Assembly (NCBI GenBank): GCA_963736005.1
Contig: CAVTNB010000001.1
Coordinates: 576,001 to 640,000 of the forward strand
From: an uncultured Pseudomonadota bacterium
GTDB lineage: Bacteria; Vulcanimicrobiota; Vulcanimicrobiia; Eremiobacterales; Eremiobacteraceae
Direction of reading: 5' to 3'
Length of the DNA stretch: 64,000 bases
In this document: positions 56,903 through 64,000 of the stretch, in pieces
Layout: the number at the start of each line of letters is the position of its first letter
Position numbering within the stretch: position 1 is the stretch's first letter
Made by a program: the position numbers and the translations under genes
The notes under the pieces: model-generated
What the model saw: only the letters and a program-made list of their open reading frames with translations
Told to the model about the DNA's origin: nothing
Databases searched by the model: none

Positions 56903-57715
56903 TTACCGCCTGGGGCACCCACCCGGCATACCCCCGCCACCTGGAAATCCGCCTCTGCCCAGAACGATGCCCCCGGGGACAATTGAACCCGGACCGTTTT
57001 CACTCCAAACCGGCCCGCGCGGAATCTGTCTTCCTGGGGAACCCGATTCGGTCGAGGCAGTAGCGTCTGAGGAAGCCTGTGCATCGGATCCAGAGGAAAC
57101 CGCTTGAGCTTCACTGCTTGCTGCGGAGGATACGAGCGCCGGAGCACGCGACTCGCTGACTTCTTCGTGGAAACGTGGCGTCGCTGCGGTGTGCATCTTT
57201 TCCGCGAGTACTTTCGCGCGAGCCGTTTGCGGCGCGCCATGCAGTTTTGGCAGGGGTGAGGCAATCATCGCGCGAGTGAACGTGCGTGTCTTTTTCTGGG
57301 CAACAACGGCGAGCGTGCGTTCAAGCTTTGCCGCCGCGGCGGGCCCCAAATTGTCGTGGCGCGAGATGACCCGTTTCGCTGCAGCCGGGTGACTTTGAGG
57401 CGCGAGAGAGACAAGCGGCGGAATGTCCGCGTTCATACGCGCGCGCATGACGACCCCAAATGCGTAGGCTGCTCCGACTGCCAGCAGGAGTCCAACGATC
57501 GCGAGCGTTCGCCAGAGGTCATTGCTCGCCGCCGGTTCTTCCACCTGAGCAGTTCCGGCTATGGGGGATTGCGCCAGCTCAGCGTCCGCCCGGTCCAGCG
57601 TGGGGTACAACTGTGGATGATCGGCGATGAGCCGGTCACTCAGTTCCGGGTCGGCAAGCGCGCGGAGGCGTGGATCGACAGAATTCGGCGGGGTCGAGGG
57701 CTTTGCAAGCATCAC
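56903..57715 (-). CDS. Single-TM hypothetical protein
   Basis: TM LAIVGLLLAVGAAYAFGVV; low-complexity C-terminus. Confidence 0.55.
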   Translation of the reverse strand: MMLAKPSTPPNSVDPRLRALADPELSDRLIADHPQLYPTLDRADAELAQSPIAGTAQVEEPAASNDLWRTLAIVGLLLAVGAAYAFGVVMRARMNADIPPLVSLAPQSHPAAAKRVISRHDNLGPAAAAKLERTLAVVAQKKTRTFTRAMIASPLPKLHGAPQTARAKVLAEKMHTAATPRFHEEVSESRAPALVSSAASSEAQAVSSGSDAQASSDATASTESGSPGRQIPRGPVWSENGPGSIVPGGIVLGRGGFPGGGGMPGGCPRR

Positions 57716-57828
57716 ACTACCTCTACCAAAGCGGCCCTAAAGGTCCGCTGCTACACCTTTGCCGGCATTGTAACGCCACGACCTTAGGATTTGCTTAGAT
57801 GGGCCTGGGAATGAAAAACTTTTCTCCT

Positions 57829-58848
57829 TTACGCGTAACGAATCTTGGGATCGAGTACGGCATACAGGATATCGACAAGAAGGTTCACGAGCACGAAGGT
57901 TGCCGCAAACAAGAGAATCGTGCCGTTGATCAGAGGATAATCCCGATTGCTAATCGCTTCGAAAGCGAGGCGCCCAACCCCGGGCCACGCAAAGATACTT
58001 TCAGTAAGGACTGCACCTCCGAGCAAAAAGCCCGTTTGCAAGCCAACCACTGTGACGATCGGGATCAGCGCGTTCCTCAGTCCGTGCTTGAACACGACTG
58101 CGAGGTTGCTCAGTCCTTTTGCGCGCGCAGTGCGAATGTAATCAGTTTGCAAAACCTCGAGCATGCCGGCGCGAGTCATCTTTGCGATAATGGACATGGG
58201 GATCGTGCCCAAGGTTACCGCCGGCAGGACAAGATGCCAAAGAGCATCGACGAATGCGTTCCAATTCAGGGCGAGCAGCGAATCGACGACCAACAAGTTT
58301 GTATGCACTGGAATATCGTAGCGCATGGACAGGCGACCGGCGAGCGGAAACAAGTTTATCCCGACCTTGCTTGGTTCGTACGCTAACAACCAAAGCAACA
58401 TCCATCCGAGCCAAAAAACCGGGACCGATACCCCAAGCAGGGCGGCGACGGTCGTCGCCGTGTCGAGGATGCGCCGGTGAGTCAACGCGGCCAGGATGCC
58501 GGCGGGAACGCCCACCAGGACCGCAACCACCATCGCGGCGATGCCGAGTTCGACCGTCGCGGGAAAGTAGGTGGCGAGCTTTTCGGCAACCGGCAAATTA
58601 TCGGTGAGCGAGCGCCCGAGATTCCCGTGCGCCGCTTGCCACAGGTACGCGCCGTACTGGACGTACCAAGGTTGGTCGAGTTTGAGTTGGTGCGTCAATT
58701 CGACGACGTCGGCGTGGGTCGCGTGTTCGCCAAGCAAAATCTCCACCGGATTGCCTGGGATGAGGTGGAGAAATAAAAAAGACACCGCAGTAATGGTCGC
58801 CAAAACTGCGATGAAGCGAAAAAATCTCTGGGCAAGGAAACCGGCCAC
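57829..58848 (-). CDS. dppB: Peptide ABC transporter permease (DppB/OppB family)
   Basis: FPATVEL; DYIRTARAKGL; TESIFAWPGVG; DILYAVLDPKIR. Confidence 0.92.
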   Translation of the reverse strand: MAGFLAQRFFRFIAVLATITAVSFLFLHLIPGNPVEILLGEHATHADVVELTHQLKLDQPWYVQYGAYLWQAAHGNLGRSLTDNLPVAEKLATYFPATVELGIAAMVVAVLVGVPAGILAALTHRRILDTATTVAALLGVSVPVFWLGWMLLWLLAYEPSKVGINLFPLAGRLSMRYDIPVHTNLLVVDSLLALNWNAFVDALWHLVLPAVTLGTIPMSIIAKMTRAGMLEVLQTDYIRTARAKGLSNLAVVFKHGLRNALIPIVTVVGLQTGFLLGGAVLTESIFAWPGVGRLAFEAISNRDYPLINGTILLFAATFVLVNLLVDILYAVLDPKIRYA

Positions 58849-58894
58849 GGACGAACGGTTTTAGTGATGGTCCGGACGCAACCTTCACGTCCTA

Positions 58895-58916
58895 GCGAAT
58901 AAATTCGCGGGACTCC
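58895..58916 (-). repeat. REP-like palindrome, family 2
   Basis: GGAG-TCC-CGCGAATTTATTCGC. Confidence 0.55.
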
Positions 58917-59058
58917 ACAAGCGGCTTTTGGCGGGGCGTGCGAAGGAGGCAGGAACCAAACCTCAAACACCGGTCTTGTCAATAGTTTGCGAGCTCCCGG
59001 CGCGTGCGGCTATGCATGGCTCGTGAGCACCCTATGCTGCGGGAGACGATGAGCCTCA

Positions 59059-61173
59059 ATGCCTGCTTCGAGTGACATGGTCCTGACCACAGCCGTCCGG
59101 TTCGCCGTGGCAAGCGGCATTCTCGCGATCCTGTATGGACTGTACCTGATCGTTTGGGTCCTGCGAAAACCGACCGGCAACGACCGCATGCGGGAGATCG
59201 CGGCCGCCATTCAAGAAGGCGCGATGGCGTACTTACGCAGGCAGTACACAACGGTTGCCATCGTTGCGGTGGTCCTGATTGCCATCATTGGCTTCAAACT
59301 GTCATGGCAAGCGGCGGTGGGTTTTCTCATTGGCGCCGTGCTCTCCGGCGCAACAGGCTTCATCGGCATGGCGATTTCGGTGCGGGCAAACGTGCGCACC
59401 GCTGAAGCTGCCCGAGCGGGCATGGGACCGGCCTTTGCAGTCGCGTTTCGGGGCGGCACGATCACTGGCATGCTTGTGGTGGGTCTAGGGCTCATCGCCG
59501 TCGCTGGATATTTTGCGCTCATGCACCGCCTGTATCCGGGCGATCTGCGAGCTGCCCTAAACGCGATGATCGGCTTGGGCTTCGGTTGTTCGCTCATTTC
59601 TGTGTTCGCCAGACTTGGCGGCGGCATTTACACGAAGGGTGCTGATGTGGGTGCTGACCTCGTTGGCAAAGTCGAGGCAGGCATTCCTGAAGACGATCCG
59701 CGCAATCCAGCGGTCATTGCCGACAACGTTGGTGACAACGTGGGCGACTGCGCCGGCATGGCCGCGGACCTCTTCGAAACGTATTGCGTGACGACCATCG
59801 CCGCAATGCTTCTGGGAGCGCTGGTCTTCCGCGCCTCTCCCGACTTTGCGATCATCGCGGTTTCATTCCCACTCATCCTCGGTGCGATTTCGATCGTCAC
59901 GTCCATCATCGGCACGCTCTTTGTCCGCGTTCGTGGCGGTCGCATCATGATGGCCATGTATGCGGGTCTCGCCGTCGCTGCCGTGCTCTCGGCGATTGCG
60001 TTTTGGTATGTCACGCCGGCAATCATGAGTGGCGCTGCCGCGGCGGCAGGCGGAGCTTTGCTCTACGCGCCGTGGAGGCTCTGGGTCTGCGCGGTGATTG
60101 GGTTGATCATCACCGCGCTGATGGTCGTCATCACCGAGTACTTCACCGGCACGCAATTCAAGCCCGTGCAAGAGATTGCCAAGGCGTCGACGACTGGCCA
60201 TGCCACCAACATCATCGCCGGACTGGGAGTGTCCATGCGCTCGACGACCCTGCCAGTGCTTGTCATCGTCGTGGGTATTTTAGCTTCGTACTCCATGAGC
60301 GGGTTGTATGGCGTGGCCATTGCGGTCATGTCGATGCTCTCCATGGCGGGCGTCATCGTCGCGCTGGATTCGTACGGACCAATTACGGATAACGCCGGCG
60401 GCATCGCCGAGATGGCAAAGCTCGGACCGGAAGTTCGCGCCATCACCGATCCGCTTGACGCGGTGGGCAACACGACCAAGGCAGTGACCAAGGGATACGC
60501 GATTGGGTCCGCCGCGCTGGCAGCGATCGTTCTCTTCGCCTCCTTTCAGCAGGAGCTGGCAGAAAAAGCTGGACAGGCAGCGTCTGCGCTGGTCTTTGCG
60601 CTCGACCAACCCTACGTGCTGGCAGGCTTGCTCGTGGGCGGCGCGTTGCCATATCTGTTTGCCGCGCTCTCCATGGAGGCTGTCGGCATCGCCGGCGGCG
60701 CAGTGGTTGAGGAGGTGCGCCGCCAGTTCCGCGAGATCAAAGGCATCATGGAGGGCACTGCTAAGCCGGAGTACGGACGCTGCGTTGATATCGTCACCAG
60801 GGCCGCTCTTCGCCAGATGATCGTACCGGCGCTCATCCCGGTGCTCACGCCCGTGGTCATCGTGGCGCTCGGTGCGCTGCACATTTTCACGCCCGATAAC
60901 GCAGCGCTCATGCTCGGAGGCGTGCTGGTTGGTTCGATCGTCACTGGCGTGTTTGTCGCGATTTCCATGACATCGGGTGGCGGCGCTTGGGACAATGCGA
61001 AGAAGTTCATCGAGGATGGTCACTATGGCGGCAAGCGCAGCCCCGCGCACCAAGCTGCCGTTACGGGCGACACCGTCGGCGATCCCTACAAAGACACCGC
61101 CGGACCCGCCATCAACCCGATGATCAAGGTTCTCAATATCGTCTCGTTGTTGCTGGTACCGTTCTTGCGCTAA
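59059..61173 (+). CDS. hppA: Membrane H+-translocating pyrophosphatase, K+-independent type
   Basis: [26 protein letters not shown] (Lys = K+-independent determinant); start may be 59077. Confidence 0.95.
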   Translation: MPASSDMVLTTAVRFAVASGILAILYGLYLIVWVLRKPTGNDRMREIAAAIQEGAMAYLRRQYTTVAIVAVVLIAIIGFKLSWQAAVGFLIGAVLSGATGFIGMAISVRANVRTAEAARAGMGPAFAVAFRGGTITGMLVVGLGLIAVAGYFALMHRLYPGDLRAALNAMIGLGFGCSLISVFARLGGGIYTKGADVGADLVGKVEAGIPEDDPRNPAVIADNVGDNVGDCAGMAADLFETYCVTTIAAMLLGALVFRASPDFAIIAVSFPLILGAISIVTSIIGTLFVRVRGGRIMMAMYAGLAVAAVLSAIAFWYVTPAIMSGAAAAAGGALLYAPWRLWVCAVIGLIITALMVVITEYFTGTQFKPVQEIAKASTTGHATNIIAGLGVSMRSTTLPVLVIVVGILASYSMSGLYGVAIAVMSMLSMAGVIVALDSYGPITDNAGGIAEMAKLGPEVRAITDPLDAVGNTTKAVTKGYAIGSAALAAIVLFASFQQELAEKAGQAASALVFALDQPYVLAGLLVGGALPYLFAALSMEAVGIAGGAVVEEVRRQFREIKGIMEGTAKPEYGRCVDIVTRAALRQMIVPALIPVLTPVVIVALGALHIFTPDNAALMLGGVLVGSIVTGVFVAISMTSGGGAWDNAKKFIEDGHYGGKRSPAHQAAVTGDTVGDPYKDTAGPAINPMIKVLNIVSLLLVPFLR

Positions 61174-62792
61174 ATTTTTTGCCAGCTCCACGAAGCCCAC
61201 ATCGTCTCGCCCGGTCTGAAATCTGTCACCGAATCGCGGACGGCGTACGTCGTGTCGACCCATGAGAGAAATACCACAGGCACGTCTTGCGCCAATAGTT
61301 CCTGTATCTTCCAATATGCCGCGCGCCTGCCCGAAAAATCATACGTGGTGAGCGCCACCCGTTCGGCAGCATCAACGCGGGGATCGCACAAGAATGAGGT
61401 GTTGTATCCTTGCGGCGGGCGCTGATCGCACATCCATAGTGTTGATTCGTCAGGGTCAGAACCCCAGACCCAGCCGGTAACGGCGATGTCATACTTTCCC
61501 AGCGCCATGATGCCGCCCTGAGCCTTTTGCGCATAGAAAAGATTGTATGGATAGGATCGAACCTCGAGCGCGATTCCGATGTTTTTCATCGCATCTTGAA
61601 AAAGCGGCGCGAATTTTGTATCCGGCTCTCGAGCCGAAATGTAGACGAACGTCAGAGCAAGCTGCTTCCCGTTCTTGCTGCGGTACCCGGTCTGATCTGC
61701 ATGCCAGCCCGCTTCGTCCAGGAGTCTTCGCGCCTGCGCCGGATCGTACGGCGGGGCATGGACGCTAGGGTCGACCCAAGGAAGAAATGGCGGTTGATCC
61801 GTTTCCGCGACCGATCCTGTGCCATATTGAAATGCTTGGACGAAGAACTTGCGATCCACCGCCATCGCAATGGCGCGCCGCACTCGAACATCATCGAGCG
61901 GAGGATGGGTAACGTTCAGCGAGAGGTACAAGTCTTCGGCAGCAGCCTCCCGCACCATCCGGATGCCTGGCGCTCGGGCCAACTCAACGGAATGCTCGCC
62001 TCGCACAAACGCGACATCAAGTTCGTTGGAACGCAGCATCACCATCTGGGTATTCGCGTCGGGAATGATCATATAGTCAATCTGACGCAGCTTCGGCTCT
62101 CCACGCCAATAGTTTTGATTCGCAACAAGCGTCACGCCCGAACTCGGGTCGTAACGCTCGATCACGAATGGTCCTGTGCCAACCGGCTTGTTGTTGTATG
62201 CTGCGTGATTGAGGTCGGGCAGCGAGCCGAGCAGGTGCTGCGGGAGAATTGGCATGGGTACTTCGCCTGGGCCGAAGAGGGTCGCAACCGCGGGCGCGAA
62301 TCGCTCCTTGAGTCGCACGTGCACGGTGTACGGATCGACGATGGTCATGGAGGCAACTTTGTCGTATCCAAGCCGCGTCACGACATTGTTCTTCGGGTTC
62401 ATGATGGCGCGCCAGGTAAAGACGACGTCGCGCGCATCGAAAGGACTGCCGTCCTGCCAGCGAACGCCATGGCGCAAGTGATAGGTGATGGTCAATCCGT
62501 CCCGGCTGATGCCGCCGTTGTCGATGGTTGGAATGACCACAGCTAGCTCGGGATGCAGCCGGCTTTGGTCGTCTGCTACAAACAAGTAGGCACCCCAAAG
62601 ATAGGACAGATACGTTGAAGAGCCCCCGCCGGAAAGTACGGTATTGAGGTTGTCGAACTGACCGGTTGCCATGCGAAGGATGCCCGGCGCGCCGCCGACC
62701 GTGCCCCGAGAGAGTTCCACTCGCGAGCATCCAGCCACAACAACGGTGAGCAGTGCGAGCAGGAACACGAACGGGTGCTTGGTGGGCATCAT
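61170..62792 (-). CDS. Peptide ABC transporter substrate-binding lipoprotein (SBP family 5)
   Basis: Lipobox [28 protein letters not shown]. Confidence 0.92.
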   Translation of the reverse strand: MMPTKHPFVFLLALLTVVVAGCSRVELSRGTVGGAPGILRMATGQFDNLNTVLSGGGSSTYLSYLWGAYLFVADDQSRLHPELAVVIPTIDNGGISRDGLTITYHLRHGVRWQDGSPFDARDVVFTWRAIMNPKNNVVTRLGYDKVASMTIVDPYTVHVRLKERFAPAVATLFGPGEVPMPILPQHLLGSLPDLNHAAYNNKPVGTGPFVIERYDPSSGVTLVANQNYWRGEPKLRQIDYMIIPDANTQMVMLRSNELDVAFVRGEHSVELARAPGIRMVREAAAEDLYLSLNVTHPPLDDVRVRRAIAMAVDRKFFVQAFQYGTGSVAETDQPPFLPWVDPSVHAPPYDPAQARRLLDEAGWHADQTGYRSKNGKQLALTFVYISAREPDTKFAPLFQDAMKNIGIALEVRSYPYNLFYAQKAQGGIMALGKYDIAVTGWVWGSDPDESTLWMCDQRPPQGYNTSFLCDPRVDAAERVALTTYDFSGRRAAYWKIQELLAQDVPVVFLSWVDTTYAVRDSVTDFRPGETMWASWSWQKI

Positions 62793-62851
62793 AAGCGGAG
62801 CTTCGGATGGCTGAAGGAAACTCTTTCTGACGGGTGCACGTTTAAGAAATC

Positions 62852-63691
62852 ATGCAGCACGGAAAGTTTTCCCGACGTTCGTGGATCTGTGGCATTTGTG
62901 CCGCGGGCACAGCCGCAACCCTGCCCGCATTCGTGGAACCGGCGCTAGCTGACGAACAAGCTCAAGAGCGCAGCGTTGGCCAGCAGGTGTATGACGACCA
63001 ACGCAAACAGGGACAGATACTCAACCTTTCGCCATACTATGGCGTCCTTCGCGAAGTTGGAGCAAGAATCGGGGCGGCTGCTCAGCCACATTGGTGGCCG
63101 ATGAACTTCGTGATCGTCAAGGGCACGCAGCCGAATGCTTTCTCGACGCCCGGCGGGTGGGTATACGTCAATGAGGCGCTGCTCAAAGATGCAGCCAGCA
63201 ATGACGAGCTTGCGAACGTGGTCGGTCACGAAACTGGGCATATCGTGTTGGGCCACGTGATGAATCGCATCAAGCAGGCGCAAAACCTGAATCTGCTTTT
63301 GATGCTCGGCAGCATCTTCGTTCGCAGCCAGGGAGCTGCCAACGTCTTTACCCTTGCACAGCTCGGCGCTAACTATGGGTTCCTCAACTTTAGCCGACAA
63401 CAAGAATATCAGGCCGATCATGAAGGCGTGATTCTTGCGGCGAAAGCTAACTACAACCCGTACGGTATGATCTGGTTTTTCCGCACGCTCGAGAAAATCA
63501 CAGGCAACCCATCAGGGTTCGAACAGGCGGTGCAGGATCATCCCTCCACGCCCGACCGTATCGCTCGCTTGCAACACTTTTTTGCGAGCGACCCGGGGCA
63601 GTTTGGCAAATGGAAAGATAACAAAACGGTGACATCTGGTCTGCGTCAGTCAAGTGGTGCGAGCGCGCAATTGGTGCTGACGCCGGCGTAG
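62852..63691 (+). CDS. M48-family metallopeptidase with Tat-like signal
   Basis: SRRSW; PNAFSTPGG; HETGH; FSRQQEYQAD; DHP...RI. Confidence 0.9.
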   Translation: MQHGKFSRRSWICGICAAGTAATLPAFVEPALADEQAQERSVGQQVYDDQRKQGQILNLSPYYGVLREVGARIGAAAQPHWWPMNFVIVKGTQPNAFSTPGGWVYVNEALLKDAASNDELANVVGHETGHIVLGHVMNRIKQAQNLNLLLMLGSIFVRSQGAANVFTLAQLGANYGFLNFSRQQEYQADHEGVILAAKANYNPYGMIWFFRTLEKITGNPSGFEQAVQDHPSTPDRIARLQHFFASDPGQFGKWKDNKTVTSGLRQSSGASAQLVLTPA

Positions 63692-63693
63692 CT

Positions 63694-63719
63694 GTAGGGG
63701 GCGATTGGAAAATCGACCC
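63694..63719 (+). repeat. GTAG-type REP-like palindrome, family 1
   Basis: GTAG-GGGG-CGATTGGAAAATCG-ACCC just after the M48 stop. Confidence 0.7.
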
Positions 63720-63763
63720 TCGGTGACTGGCAGTCGGCCCAACGCGTCATCGATTCGAATGGA

Positions 63764-64000
63764 TTATTTGATTTCGGCGGTCGCGCCTTGCTCCTCGAGC
63801 TTAGCCTTGATCGCCGCAGCCTCATCCTTTGTGACCCCGGTCTTCACCGGCTTGGGAGCACCCTCTACGAGGTCCTTGGCTTCTTTCAGACCGAGCCCCG
63901 GAACCACTTCGCGCACTGCCTTGATGACGTTGATCTTCTTCTCGCCCGCGCTGATCAGGTGCACGTCAAACTCGGTCTTCGCTTCCGCCGGTGCGGCCGC
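63764..64000 (-). CDS. rplL: 50S ribosomal protein L7/L12, C-terminal part (5' end outside window)
   Basis: [25 protein letters not shown]. Confidence 0.96.
   Translation of the reverse strand, partial: AAAPAEAKTEFDVHLISAGEKKINVIKAVREVVPGLGLKEAKDLVEGAPKPVKTGVTKDEAAAIKAKLEEQGATAEIK

Noticed and set aside
57799..62546. Long opposite-strand ORFs (e.g. 57799-58386, 60280-61314, 61527-62546; also 3980-4837, 13534-14439)
   Set aside because: Antisense shadows of well-supported genes in GC-rich DNA, with no motifs

Overview
Bacterial chromosomal window with two halves. About 1-33.5 kb is accessory: GNATs, tRNA-Pro(GGG), an IS3 scar, an OmpA/lipoprotein envelope cluster, three tandem two-domain multicopper oxidase (MCO) genes downstream of a BTAD/SARP-AAA-TPR regulator, a Csu-type chaperone-usher cluster, a cNMP-TrxB-like oxidoreductase, prolyl oligopeptidase, an ArsR/SRPBCC/VOC module, a MoaD + BNR beta-propeller pair and several pseudogenes. 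About 33.5-64 kb is mostly core: hup, aroQ, hslO, tyrS, mutS2, gatCAB, rlmD, purA, GH125, a two-component pair, pgeF, recX, recA, ftsY, sigma-28, hppA and rplL. OmpA and the usher indicate a diderm; Ca. Eremiobacterota is only a guess and was not tested. Best finding: the three MCO genes divide the copper ligands as domains 1-2, 3-4 and 5-6 of ceruloplasmin do. All keep the T1 site, only the first gene keeps the odd-domain trinuclear His pairs and only the last keeps the even-domain set, suggesting a heterotrimeric 'split ceruloplasmin'. Other leads: degenerate FliJ/FliM/FliO-like genes in a housekeeping operon, a histidine kinase with a degenerate GGDEF-like RxxD domain, a BldC-like gene coupled to sigma-28, GTAG-type REP repeats, a ~95-bp dispersed repeat, a candidate sRNA and possible ATA starts. 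All calls come from motif reading by eye; no searches were run.
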